64,000 nt of DNA, taken from assembly GCA_021295655.1 (NCBI GenBank), contig JAGWBX010000047.1, positions 26,779 through 90,778 of the forward strand, read 5' to 3'. Both the position numbers and the translations under genes were made by a program. This document shows positions 21,031 to 30,424 of the stretch, piece after piece; position 1 is the first letter of the stretch; each line of letters begins with the position of its first letter. The notes under the pieces were generated by a model, which was not told the DNA's origin, made no database searches, and saw nothing but the letters and a program-made list of their open reading frames with translations. This stretch comes from Candidatus Latescibacterota bacterium (lineage in GTDB: Bacteria > Latescibacterota > UBA2968 > GCA-2709665).

Positions 21031-21598
21031 GGAATCGCCAATTATCGTCCTGGGCAGCGATTCGCAGAGCGGGTGCTATATTTTAAGGGTTCGCCTGGCG
21101 GAGTATTCAGCGCTGGCATTCGGTGGATTCAAACGCGGAAAGATCATAGAGCTTCCGGCGGGAGAGTACGTCTACGTCGGGTCGGCGATGTCGAAGAAAG
21201 GCGCCGCGTCGCTGGCCAACCGCCTGGTCCGCCACGCCACCCGGAGCCACAAGAAGCGATCTCACAGAATCCGGGGCGAAATGCTCCGCCGATTCAACGC
21301 CATCGGACTGGGAAACGGAAGCCTCAAGCCCACCGTCCAAAAGAATCTGCACTGGAACATAGACCACCTGCTCGACCTGCCGGTAGCCGAACTGACCGGC
21401 GCGTGCATCCTTCGAACTCGGGAGCATCTCGAAGCGCGGCTGGGTCAATTTCTGGAGCGCGATCCCCATACCATCGTTGTTGAAAACGGCTTGGGCGCAA
21501 ACGACGTGCCGGGCAACACCCACCTCCTCCGCCTCGTAGCCCGAAATGCATGGTGGACGTCCCTCCCCGAACGACTCAGAAAGCGTTTTGATATCTGA
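21020..21598 (+). CDS. DUF123 / GIY-YIG-superfamily (Uri-like) nuclease-domain protein
   Basis: The pattern GCYILRVRL...G.YVYVGSA...L..R..RH...K.HWNIDHLL matches the DUF123 layout. GTG start overlapping the ankyrin gene end by 11 nt. Confidence 0.6.
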   Translation: MNPEESPIIVLGSDSQSGCYILRVRLAEYSALAFGGFKRGKIIELPAGEYVYVGSAMSKKGAASLANRLVRHATRSHKKRSHRIRGEMLRRFNAIGLGNGSLKPTVQKNLHWNIDHLLDLPVAELTGACILRTREHLEARLGQFLERDPHTIVVENGLGANDVPGNTHLLRLVARNAWWTSLPERLRKRFDI

Positions 21599-22037
21599 TA
21601 TCCGTGCTGTCATCGCGATAACGAATCGTAATCCGGATGACAGCAAATGGCTGTCCTCATCACTCAGACGCCAATCGGTCTACAAAGGTATTTCCCGACC
21701 GGAGGACGACCAGAGCAGCGCGCGCTGATCCGTCCAGCGACGCGGATGGATGTGCTTGCGCAGGTATCAGGGCAGTGGATTGGGTGCATTCCGTGAGGGG
21801 ATTCGCGCTGTGCATATGGCAGGCCCCGTGCACAGCGGCGACTATTCCAAAGGCGGTAAGAAGGAAGAGGGAAGCCGGTAGAAGAAATCCCTGCCCGCTA
21901 TTTTATTCTTTCTTGCCTCCGGCACGAGGGAAATCTCTACCCTCTCCCGTCTTGCGTCTTCCCGGTTTTAAGGAACCCGCCGGAGGCAGGGAATCTGGGG
22001 AGACGTGGATGTTGAATCTGATTTTCAACTTGATTCA

Positions 22038-22069
22038 AGCTGAATGTTTAAAGCTGATGGCTGCTTTTT
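22038..22069. repeat. Degenerate TCAGCNN heptamer array plus T-run
   Basis: AGCTGAATGTTTAAAGCTGATGGCTGC followed by TTTTT on the + strand. Read on the - strand it is TCAGCnn, about 35 nt 3' of the PfkB kinase stop. Confidence 0.5.
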
Positions 22070-22104
22070 GCTGCGTTTCGACAGCCGGGGGGAGAGGACC
22101 GTAC

Positions 22105-23127
22105 TCAGACTTCCTGAGGGGATTCTTCAAACCGCTGCAGCACCTGTGCGGGTGACGCCGTTCCCGTTGTCCCGATCTGCTGGATGGTGATGGACGACAC
22201 CAGCACGCCAACGCGTGCGGCATCGAGGCAGGAGGCGCCAGCGCAGAGCGCCGACACGATCCCCGCGGAAACGCTGTCCCCCGCGCCCACAATATCAATG
22301 GGATGGGGCACCGGGATACCGGGAACGCGGTCCGTCACCTCGCCGTCGGCGCAGAGGATACCCTCGGGACCAAGTGTAACGTAGACGGGCCGTCCGGTGC
22401 GTTCCATGAAAGACTGAACGGCGGCGTCCAGACACTTCCCCCCTTCCGTCCGGGAATTCCGGGAAACCGCCTTTAACGCCTCTTCGCGGTTGACCTTGAC
22501 CATCACATTCCGGAAAAGACCAATGTGCGAACGTGAATCCGCCAGAAACACGACATGCGGATACTCCGGCGCGAGGCGCGCAATGCCCGCGCGAACCCGA
22601 TCCGTAATGACGCCGCAATTTCGTTCCTGAACCTGGTCCAGCACGATCACACCATGAACCTCTTCCAACAGATTCTCCAGGGCGGTGAGGATATGGTCTT
22701 CAACGTCTCGCGGGAGTGGCGAGCGATTCTTGATATCCAATCGCTCCATCTCCTTCCCGGTTGTGATGAGAACGGGTTTGGTATAGGTTGGCGTGACACG
22801 GCCGGAGACCTCCATCAGGTCCCGCGTATCCACCCTGGATGCATGCAGTCCCGCCTTCAGATCGTACCCCTGTCCATCCTCGCCAATCACCCCGAGCGCC
22901 CGGATCTGCCCCACTTCAAGGGCATTCAGGTTACCGGTCACGGTTCCCGCCGCACCCGGCCGGTTTCGGACCCGTACGACCTGGCGGGCTTCCAGTCCGG
23001 TCTCCAGGGAGACTTCGGCGAGGCCGGGATCGACTTCGAGATAGCGATCCAGAAAAAAGTCCCCGATTACCAGGATAGCGAGATCCGAAAACGAACCCAG
23101 CAGCTCTTTCAGGTAGGAATGCGTCAT
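22105..23127 (-). CDS. PfkB-family sugar kinase (RfaE domain-I / heptose-7-phosphate kinase-like)
   Basis: N-terminal ILVIGDFFLDRY, GAAGTVTGNL, and the C-terminal PfkB signature DIVGAGDSVSAG. Confidence 0.8.
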   Translation of the reverse strand: MTHSYLKELLGSFSDLAILVIGDFFLDRYLEVDPGLAEVSLETGLEARQVVRVRNRPGAAGTVTGNLNALEVGQIRALGVIGEDGQGYDLKAGLHASRVDTRDLMEVSGRVTPTYTKPVLITTGKEMERLDIKNRSPLPRDVEDHILTALENLLEEVHGVIVLDQVQERNCGVITDRVRAGIARLAPEYPHVVFLADSRSHIGLFRNVMVKVNREEALKAVSRNSRTEGGKCLDAAVQSFMERTGRPVYVTLGPEGILCADGEVTDRVPGIPVPHPIDIVGAGDSVSAGIVSALCAGASCLDAARVGVLVSSITIQQIGTTGTASPAQVLQRFEESPQEV

Positions 23128-23171
23128 AAAAAAAACCGGGCCGCCCCCGGATTATCCGTGGCCGCTGAACA

Positions 23172-24026
23172 CTACGTGTAGAGAAGATAGTCCACGAGCA
23201 ACTCCTGGCTCCGAAAGTCCGGTACAATCAGATCCGCTCCAGCTTGAATCAGCCGTTCGCGTTTCCACGCATTCACGCCCTGGCGGCGGGCCTCGTCAGA
23301 CGCGACGCCCACGGCCGTTCCCCCCGCCGACTTGACGTTTTTGACCTCCACGTATCCATCGCCAAAGCCCAGCAACTGCGTGCCCTCGATCTCCTGCGAG
23401 GCAATCAGATCCCGGATTACTCTTTCTTTGGAAAAGTCCTGGTATCGGTCCAGCGCGCCGTACACGCGGTCTTCAAAGAAGGGCGTCAGCCCCAGAAGGT
23501 CGGCTTCCTCTCTAACGTAAACCTCGTCGGTGCCGCTTGCCAGGTACAGCGTCAGTCCCTGGCGTTCCAGGTTGCGCAGAAGATCCAGAGACCCGGGCAC
23601 CATCAGGTCTTCGGCCTGAACGGCGGCGGAACGCAGACCTTGAATGCGGTCCCTTATGTGGCGGTTGAGCCGTTCGTGATAACGGTGTTTGTAAGCGACC
23701 GGATCCGGAGGCGGGCCGCCGCGTATTCGCACTTCCTCGGCGAGCTGGATCATCTGGTAAATGGTCTGTCTGCCGGTAAGACGGTCGACAAAGTCAGTCA
23801 CAATCCGTGATAGTTGGGCCTCGGTTTCGCCCGTGCGGCATTCGCCAAGCGTTTCGACCATCATCGGTACCATGATTTCCCGCCAGCCCTCGCGAATCAG
23901 CGAAAGCGTTCCGTCGAAATCGAAAAGCACGGAGCGGTAGCTGCCCCGCGCAACCCGTGGGTTGACCTGCTCGATTTCGGCTTTTTTCATTGCAACGGAT
24001 CGCTTTTGTGAATTCACTATCGCCAC
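23172..24026 (-). CDS. HAD-superfamily hydrolase
   Basis: HAD motif I VLFDFDGTL, plus later SGT and GDG motifs. The start may be the internal MKKAEIEQ. Confidence 0.75.
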   Translation of the reverse strand: MAIVNSQKRSVAMKKAEIEQVNPRVARGSYRSVLFDFDGTLSLIREGWREIMVPMMVETLGECRTGETEAQLSRIVTDFVDRLTGRQTIYQMIQLAEEVRIRGGPPPDPVAYKHRYHERLNRHIRDRIQGLRSAAVQAEDLMVPGSLDLLRNLERQGLTLYLASGTDEVYVREEADLLGLTPFFEDRVYGALDRYQDFSKERVIRDLIASQEIEGTQLLGFGDGYVEVKNVKSAGGTAVGVASDEARRQGVNAWKRERLIQAGADLIVPDFRSQELLVDYLLYT

Positions 24027-24182
24027 CTTCTTTTACCATCGAGGACCTGTCGATCGGTGCTGTGTCAGATGGCGCAATCTAAATGTGCATCCGAAATTGT
24101 CAAGGTGTTTAACCCGTCAGAGCCTTAAATTCCGGGTTCAAATCTGCTTGTTAAATTTCAATTCTACATTATCTTTATATGC

Positions 24183-24908
24183 GTGTCTGTCTTGTCACCG
24201 ATAGTGGGGGTGGTTGAACGGACGTTTCAGGGTCTGGCTATGGATCGGCGGGTTGTGCAGCGTTCGTCCACCAGAACGGGTGAATTGCAGCTTGCGTCCG
24301 TTCAAGCCGGCACGGTCACTCATTTCGAACTCATCGTCAACGGTGTCTTCCTGATGGCCACCTACAATGCGTTGTCCAATCGCGCATTGATCGACACGGT
24401 CATGGAAACATCGAAATCCGGCAGGCACATCAACCTGCTTATCGGTGGTTTGGGAATGGGGATTTCCCTCCGACAGGCGCTCGCCTATTCAAATGTGCGT
24501 TCCGTGTGTGTGGTGGAGTTCGAATCACGCATAATAAACTGGAACCGCGAATATCTGGACAACGCCGACGTTCTTGACGATGTTCGAACGGAAGTGGTGG
24601 TCGGCGATTTTTACGAATACGTGCAGGGAAATCCCCGAAGCTATCACGGCATCGTGCTGGATATCGACAACGGTCCCGACCGGGTGGTTCGGCCGGAAAA
24701 CCGTCGCGCCTACAGCGTTTCTGCGCTTCAGACGCTAAGGACACGGTTGCGCCCGGATGGAACCCTCGCGATCTGGAGCCATGCTGTCAACCGTTCGTAC
24801 GAACGCGCGCTGGACCGTGTTTTCGGCGGGGTGACTCGACAACAAACGTGCGACCATAGCCTGACCGGAAAACCGCTCGAGGGTGTAATTTATGCGGTTC
24901 GGGCCTGA
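24183..24908 (+). CDS. Spermidine-synthase-like SAM-dependent methyltransferase-fold protein
   Basis: Rossmann motif LLIGGLGMGISLRQAL with an acidic residue after beta-2 (VVEFE) and DIDNGPD. Start uncertain (the ATG at 24240 is possible). Confidence 0.55.
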   Translation: MSVLSPIVGVVERTFQGLAMDRRVVQRSSTRTGELQLASVQAGTVTHFELIVNGVFLMATYNALSNRALIDTVMETSKSGRHINLLIGGLGMGISLRQALAYSNVRSVCVVEFESRIINWNREYLDNADVLDDVRTEVVVGDFYEYVQGNPRSYHGIVLDIDNGPDRVVRPENRRAYSVSALQTLRTRLRPDGTLAIWSHAVNRSYERALDRVFGGVTRQQTCDHSLTGKPLEGVIYAVRA

Positions 24909-24944
24909 CTCGCAGGGGAAGACCATTGGAAAGGAATTTTGTGG

Positions 24945-26249
24945 ATGAATAAAGACTCACTTAGCATTACGGATAATCGCACCGGCAAGACATACGATGT
25001 TCCCATTCTTTATGGCACGTACCCCGAATACGGCGCCGCCATTCGAACAGCCGATTTGAAGCAGATAAAAGTCTCGAAGGACGATTTCGGACTTCTCGGG
25101 TACGATCCGTCGTACCTGAATACCGGATCCTGCCAGAGTTCCGTGACGTTCATCGACGGAGAGAAAGGCATTCTCCGGTATCGTGGATATCCGATCGAGC
25201 AACTTGCGGAGAGCAGCACCTACCTCGAAACCTCATATCTGCTGTTATACGGGGAACTGCCCGGTCAGGCGGAGCTGGATGCATGGAACGAGTCGGTGAT
25301 GACGTACGTGAGGGCCGAACCGAAGTTGAACGAATTGGTGAACGGTTTCCGAAAGGGCTCCCACGCAATGGGGATGATGGTGGGGGTGTTGGGATCCTTG
25401 TCTACCTTCTACGAAAACGCGAGAGAGATCGCAACCGAAGAAGCTCAGGAACAGCATATCCGGCGGTTGATCGGTATGGCTTCAATGGGTGCGGCGGCGG
25501 TGTACCGCCGAAGCCAGGGGTTGGCTTATGTCGACCCGGATCCGTCATTGGGGTTTTGCGGCAACTATCTGAAAATGCTGTTTGGTGGAACGAGCGCATA
25601 CACGCCCGACCCAGCGCTGGAACGGGCGCTCGAAGTCCTTTTGATTCTGCACGCCGACCACGAACAGAACTGCAGCGCCAGCACGATGCGCGGCGTTGGC
25701 AGCAGCGGGGCAGACCCGTATTCGGCCGCCGCCGGGGCCGCCGCCGCACTGTACGGACCGGCGCACGGGGGCGCAAATGAAGCCGTGCTGAAGATGCTGA
25801 ACGAGATCGGGTCGGTTGACAATATCCCGTCCTACATCGAGCGGGTCTATAACAGGGAAGTACTCCTGCAGGGCTTTGGGCACAGGGTATACAAGAACTA
25901 CGATCCCAGAGCAGCGATCATCAAGAAGACCGCCGAGGAGGTGTTCGAAGTTACCGGAAAGAATCCGCTCATCGACATCGCGGTGGAACTTGAGCGCATC
26001 GCGCTTGAAGAAGAATTTTTCGTATCTCGCAGACTCTATCCGAACGTGGATTTCTATTCGGGCATTATCTACCAGGCGATGGGCCTGCCAACGGACATGA
26101 TGACGGTTATGTTCGCGGTGGGCAGAATGCCTGGCTGGCTGGCGCAATGGAAAGAGTTGATGCACGATCCGGAGCAGCGCATCGCACGTCCGCGGCAGAT
26201 CTACATGGGTGAAGACGTCCGGGACTATACGCCGATGGGACAGAGGTAG
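24945..26249 (+). CDS. gltA: Citrate synthase
   Basis: Signature GFGHRVYKNYDPRA, HADHEQNCS, and the SITDNRTGKTYDVPI N-terminus. The ATG at 24945 lies after GGAAAGGAA. Confidence 0.95.
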   Translation: MNKDSLSITDNRTGKTYDVPILYGTYPEYGAAIRTADLKQIKVSKDDFGLLGYDPSYLNTGSCQSSVTFIDGEKGILRYRGYPIEQLAESSTYLETSYLLLYGELPGQAELDAWNESVMTYVRAEPKLNELVNGFRKGSHAMGMMVGVLGSLSTFYENAREIATEEAQEQHIRRLIGMASMGAAAVYRRSQGLAYVDPDPSLGFCGNYLKMLFGGTSAYTPDPALERALEVLLILHADHEQNCSASTMRGVGSSGADPYSAAAGAAAALYGPAHGGANEAVLKMLNEIGSVDNIPSYIERVYNREVLLQGFGHRVYKNYDPRAAIIKKTAEEVFEVTGKNPLIDIAVELERIALEEEFFVSRRLYPNVDFYSGIIYQAMGLPTDMMTVMFAVGRMPGWLAQWKELMHDPEQRIARPRQIYMGEDVRDYTPMGQR

Positions 26250-26344
26250 GAGACGGATCGTAAGCGACACAGTACCGAGAAGACAAGCGCGCAAACTTTG
26301 GCTGTTGGCAGGGAAGTTCAGAAGGGTAAGAACCCCGTATATTG

Positions 26345-26635
26345 CTAATTCAATGGATGTGCATCCATGTACTCGCGCACGGCATTCTTGATGACAGTCT
26401 GAATCCCTCCACCGTGTTTCCTGCAGTATTCAAAGGTTTCCCGGTCAATTGGAATCTGCGCCAGCATGTCGGTCTTTTTCCAATCTTCACCGCTCATGAA
26501 AGGTGGTGCGTCCGGGTCGGAAAGCGCGGCCGCGTTCAATTCAGCTTCCGACAACCGCTTGACCCGACCCCAGTCTGTCCGTGAATCTACAGGCAGGTTA
26601 TCACGGGAATATCTCACGATATTTTCGTCGTTCAT
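26345..26635 (-). CDS. brnA: BrnA-type antitoxin (DUF4415-like)
   Basis: Small ORF directly downstream of, and overlapping, brnT. DWGRVKRLSEAELNAAALSDPDAPP is typical of BrnA/DUF4415. The internal ATG at 26635 is preferred over the ORF opening at 26695. Confidence 0.6.
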   Translation of the reverse strand: MNDENIVRYSRDNLPVDSRTDWGRVKRLSEAELNAAALSDPDAPPFMSGEDWKKTDMLAQIPIDRETFEYCRKHGGGIQTVIKNAVREYMDAHPLN

Positions 26636-26918
26636 TTCGATTGGCTCTCCGTGCGGAAATGATTCGAAGGCGTCTGTTGCGAACGGCGTATACAACGTAA
26701 AGTTCGGTTACTTCAACCTTGCCAATAGATATGTACCTGATTTCTCCGTAATCTTTCCTATTTTCGATAACCGTGAATACGGGTCCATCAAACACGCGCG
26801 CAGCGGACAAAAAGCTTACCCCGTGTTTCTGGATATTCAATTCATTCCTGGGTTCGTCCCACTCGAATTCCACAGCCTGTTTGCAGTCAAAGATATGGGA
26901 TTGGGATTGCGTCGTCAA
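26601..26918 (-). CDS. brnT: BrnT-type toxin (DUF497 ribonuclease)
   Basis: FEWDEPRNELNIQKHGVSFLSAARVF...GEIRYISIG...LYVVYAVRNRRLRIISARRANRNERRKY matches the DUF497/BrnT pattern. Confidence 0.8.
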   Translation of the reverse strand: MTTQSQSHIFDCKQAVEFEWDEPRNELNIQKHGVSFLSAARVFDGPVFTVIENRKDYGEIRYISIGKVEVTELYVVYAVRNRRLRIISARRANRNERRKYREIFP

Positions 26919-26928
26919 GGTTCGGCGG

Positions 26929-27696
26929 TCACTCGCCGTAGAGTTTCAATGGTGAAAGCGTGATGAGGGAGGGTTCGTCGTTGAGGACGCGGGAGACGTG
27001 TTCGAGGGTGCGAACGACTCGGAAGGCCTGCCAGACAGAGGGCCCAACGCAAACCTGGCTGACGAGGCCGGCGGATTTTACGCGTTCGCCCATAACGCTG
27101 AAGTTGAAGCCGGGCCACATGCGCGGGTTGCTGGTGTTGGCGTGATTTCGCTCGACCCATAAAGCCTGGTTGTAGTGGAAGATCGAACAGACGTTGAAGC
27201 CAACGCCCATGAGCAGGTAGAGGGCGTTGCGTTCCACCAGCCAGTCCCATGGCGAGCCATGACCGAACGCCTTTTCGTCCCACGGGCTATATCGCGGTCC
27301 GGCGTGCCGGTGCCCCCCCATCGCCGCCTCTGCGTCGGCCCCGATGGCGGCCAGGGAGTCGCAACAGTGGTCGCTGCGTACGGCTTCGGGGCGCTGGCGG
27401 AAGACCTCGGTGATATATCCCACGTCAGAGGGCGACGAGTGGATGTTCCACGCTTCCAGGCGCGTCCGGTAGGTGGCGGATTCGCCGTTGACTTTCTGGA
27501 CGAAGGCAGGAACGACCACGGTACCCGACTCGCCAACGGAATCGATTGCCCCGTCGATAACTGTATCGGCGCCGCCTTCAACGAATCCGAAACTCTTGAG
27601 GGAACTGTGAAAGAGAAGCGCATCGCCTTTCCGTAGACCGAGCGCGGCGAAGCCTTGAAGGAGGTCTTCCTTGTGAATGGAATTCCGGTTTGCCAT
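26929..27696 (-). CDS. AAC(3)-family (Antibiotic_NAT) N-acetyltransferase-like protein
   Basis: The N-terminus LLQGFAALGLRKGDALLFHSSLKSFGFVEGGADTVIDGAIDSVGESGTVVVPAF is characteristic of aminoglycoside 3-N-acetyltransferase folds. Substrate unknown. Confidence 0.7.
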   Translation of the reverse strand: MANRNSIHKEDLLQGFAALGLRKGDALLFHSSLKSFGFVEGGADTVIDGAIDSVGESGTVVVPAFVQKVNGESATYRTRLEAWNIHSSPSDVGYITEVFRQRPEAVRSDHCCDSLAAIGADAEAAMGGHRHAGPRYSPWDEKAFGHGSPWDWLVERNALYLLMGVGFNVCSIFHYNQALWVERNHANTSNPRMWPGFNFSVMGERVKSAGLVSQVCVGPSVWQAFRVVRTLEHVSRVLNDEPSLITLSPLKLYGE

Positions 27697-27895
27697 TGAA
27701 TTTGGTGGAATCCGATCGACGACTATTGCTTCGCCAGACCTAAAAGAAAAAATAAACCGGCGATATTACTTCAAACCGCCGAGGCTGAAAGACACTTATA
27801 AGCCTTCACGAACTACAGAATACAGAAACTTTCTGTCTGATCAGCCTCCGGCGTGAATTGTTGGCGGGTCATATCAATGAATATGAGATTTCAAA

Positions 27896-28111
27896 TCAGA
27901 GCTTGGACTGTATGCGCACTTTCTTGATCTCATTGACGATCTCGTCCAATGTCATATCCTCGAAGATCCGCTCCCGCTCCTGGGTATAATCTCCGTAACC
28001 CATCGTAAATTGATTGATGAAACGTATCGTGTTCGCGATACCGATCTCTTTGGAAAGCACTTCAATGGCTTCCCTGGTAATTTCGCTTAATGCTTTTTCC
28101 TGAACTGTCAT
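27896..28111 (-). CDS. Small hypothetical protein (71 aa), divergent from the darG-like gene
   Basis: Clean ATG ORF in the low-GC island with helical, charged composition (…TLDEIVNEIKKV…). Family not recognised. Confidence 0.45.
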   Translation of the reverse strand: MTVQEKALSEITREAIEVLSKEIGIANTIRFINQFTMGYGDYTQERERIFEDMTLDEIVNEIKKVRIQSKL

Positions 28112-28289
28112 TTTTCATTCTCCGGTACGAGTTCGGCGGGAGAAACAGACTAAGCCCAGTAGTCTCCCGATGCATCTGCTTGACTAAGCAATCTTCAATC
28201 ACGGGAGAAGAAAGTGCGATGTTTTACAAGTCATTGATTTTGTTGGCTTTTTCTGACTCCGATGGTCTCTCATTTTGAGAATTTCTATT

Positions 28290-28318
28290 TTGACACATGA
28301 ACAAATGTATAGTATATT
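28290..28318 (+). promoter_or_regulatory. Consensus-like sigma70 promoter (TTGACA-N17-TATATT)
   Basis: TTGACA at 28290-28295, a 17-nt spacer, and TATATT at 28313-28318, upstream of the macrodomain gene. Confidence 0.55.
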
Positions 28319-28385
28319 AACAAGGTTAATCTATCTCAGTCAATTTAACTCTTTTTTGCCGCTGAATGGTCCCTGACAAAAGGAA

Positions 28386-28415
28386 TTGACCGGTTTTTGC
28401 ATTGAGCGCTATACT
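28386..28415 (+). promoter_or_regulatory. Second candidate promoter (TTGACC-N18-TATACT)
   Basis: TTGACC at 28386-28391 and TATACT at 28410-28415, about 45 nt upstream of the ATG at 28462 with the RBS AAAGGA. Confidence 0.45.
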
Positions 28416-28461
28416 ACATTCAGGTATCTACAAACGCACATTCCCGAAAGGACAAAGGATA

Positions 28462-29391
28462 ATGATTACCTATGTTGTAGGGGATTTGTTCGAATCCCCG
28501 GCTCGGGTTCTTGTGAATACGGTTAATACCGTAGGGGTCATGGGCAAAGGAATCGCGAAGAATTTCAAGCGGATATACCCAGAGATGTTTCGCGAATATC
28601 AAAAGCATTGTGAAACGAAACGGCTTACGGTGGGTAAGCTCTGGCTATATAAGACTTCAAACAAATGGATCCTTAATTTTCCAACCAAGACAACCTGGCG
28701 CAAAGCTTCGGAAATTCAATACATCAAAAGTGGCTTAAACACATTCGTAAGAGAATATGCGAAACGAGGTATAACTAGCATAGCCTTTCCACCGTTAGGA
28801 TGCGGTAACGGTGAATTAGACTGGGATCGACAGGTGCAACCACTGATGGAAAATTACCTGGGAAAGCTTCCTATTGACATTTTTATTCATCTGTACAGAC
28901 AGGATCCGCAAGTTCCTGAACACAGAGACATAGAAGACGTGGCGAGTTGGTTACGGTCCGATCTCGAATCTCTGGGTTATGTCGAGGTTTGGAAGGATTT
29001 GACTGAATTGATCGGTTCAGGGTTAGATTTACGAACATCATTTGATCACCAAAACTTCCACGTTAAGGTTATTTCTGAACTCGATGAGCAGGGAATCTGT
29101 TTTTATATGGACGACAAGAAAACCTTCATCCCGGAAGAGGAACTGGTCGAATTGTGGACTACTGTACGAAATTGCGGTTTTGCAATTCCCGCGATAATGC
29201 CCGCAGGATTAGAAATAATCTCGAATCAGTTAGTGGCACTTTTTTCGGAATTGCCTTATTGTCGGTCGGTATCAGCAAGTAATGACTATTTGGCATTGAG
29301 TTCAGGCCACAGCATTGGCCTTCAAATAGTACCTCAAGCAGCTCCTCCCAAGATTTTCGAGAAGTTCCCGTTTGAGTTTAAACCGGTATGA
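28462..29391 (+). CDS. darG: DarG-like macrodomain protein (putative ADP-ribosyl-DNA glycohydrolase antitoxin) with ~160-aa C-terminal domain
   Basis: The N-terminus MITYVVGDLFESPARVLVNTVNTVGVMGKGIAKNFKRIYPEMF...NFPTKTTWRKAS...IAFPPLGCGNGELDW closely follows the DarG-type macrodomain pattern as I recall it. The ATG at 28462 has an RBS; the ORF opens at a TTG at 28402. Confidence 0.85.
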   Translation: MITYVVGDLFESPARVLVNTVNTVGVMGKGIAKNFKRIYPEMFREYQKHCETKRLTVGKLWLYKTSNKWILNFPTKTTWRKASEIQYIKSGLNTFVREYAKRGITSIAFPPLGCGNGELDWDRQVQPLMENYLGKLPIDIFIHLYRQDPQVPEHRDIEDVASWLRSDLESLGYVEVWKDLTELIGSGLDLRTSFDHQNFHVKVISELDEQGICFYMDDKKTFIPEEELVELWTTVRNCGFAIPAIMPAGLEIISNQLVALFSELPYCRSVSASNDYLALSSGHSIGLQIVPQAAPPKIFEKFPFEFKPV

Positions 29392-30395
29392 CGAAGTCGA
29401 AAAAACGAGATGCAGAGAAAATCGTCGCTCATTTTCGGTCAATCAAGGAGCGGCCATGGTTACCGGAGTCACAACGTTGGTGGCCAGGCCACCTTTTTCA
29501 CTTTACGGATTTAACCAATGCTGTGAAGATTCTCGGCGACGGCAAATTGGTGTCCCGTTCCGAATTAGAACGAACTGGGGGATTAGTTACTGACATTGCA
29601 AGCCCGGAAGTCATATCAACTACAAGTTCAAGGTGGAAAGAGTATGTGCGTCTGTATTTTCGTCCGCGGACACCTACGCAGTACAGAAATGAGGGTTTCC
29701 GACCAGTTGGTCAGCGCGAAATGAACGCTCACTGCCCCGTACCCGTTAGTTTCATTTTTAATGCCGACGCAATTCTGACGAGCCAGCCAACGATGTTTAG
29801 CGATGGCAATCTGGCTGCTGGGGCAGAGCCAGGGAACACCGCTGAATACTTCCTGTCGCTCCCCTTTGATAAGATTTACCATGATCGTAGCTTGCCGAAA
29901 ATGGATGACACCGAGAAGCGTAATATCATTTTTCATCGACATGCTGAAGTTATATTTCCAAACGCTGTTGAACTTTCCAGCTTAAGATTGATCGGTTGTC
30001 GGTCCGAAGCCGAATTTCAGACACTCATTCATTTGCTTCCGATTGATGTGTATCTAAAATGGTCGAAGCGAATAGCGGTCAGCAGGAGATTTGGGCTGTT
30101 CTTTGGACGTTGGCCCTTTATTGAAAAAGTTAATCTAAGTATCTCGACGATCTCATTCGAGTTTAACCCATCGGTGTATGGTCGGTCAGGTCCATTTCAC
30201 GCGGAAATAGAACTAATCGAGACCAAGACCGAAACGATCCATAGATGGGAAGAGGATAACTTTTTTGCTAAGGACAGTTTGTCTTTCAATCTCTCAAATT
30301 TAAACAGCCCCGAAAATTATGTCGTGAAATTTTCGCTGGATGGACATTTGGCTTACGAAAACCGCTATTTGGATGATTCAGCGTTACCCTTTTAA
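29388..30395 (+). CDS. darT: DarT-like (DUF4433) ADP-ribosyltransferase toxin with ~125-aa C-terminal extension
   Basis: HLFHFTDLTNAVKILGDGKL, YVRLYFRPRTPTQY, MFSDGN and RHAEVIFP match, in order, the DarT motifs (Y/F-H-x-T, YVPFYFxPRSP, F-T/S-D-x-x, AE-x-L/I). The ATG overlaps the macrodomain stop as ATGA. Confidence 0.75.
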   Translation: MTKSKKRDAEKIVAHFRSIKERPWLPESQRWWPGHLFHFTDLTNAVKILGDGKLVSRSELERTGGLVTDIASPEVISTTSSRWKEYVRLYFRPRTPTQYRNEGFRPVGQREMNAHCPVPVSFIFNADAILTSQPTMFSDGNLAAGAEPGNTAEYFLSLPFDKIYHDRSLPKMDDTEKRNIIFHRHAEVIFPNAVELSSLRLIGCRSEAEFQTLIHLLPIDVYLKWSKRIAVSRRFGLFFGRWPFIEKVNLSISTISFEFNPSVYGRSGPFHAEIELIETKTETIHRWEEDNFFAKDSLSFNLSNLNSPENYVVKFSLDGHLAYENRYLDDSALPF

Positions 30396-30424
30396 CCCAT
30401 CTCATGTCACTCGATTTTGGTTTG

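Noticed and set aside
26929-27696. Calling the AAC(3)-like gene an aminoglycoside resistance determinant
   Set aside because: Only the fold family is recognisable from the N-terminal motif. Many family members in environmental genomes have unknown substrates, so a resistance claim is not supported.
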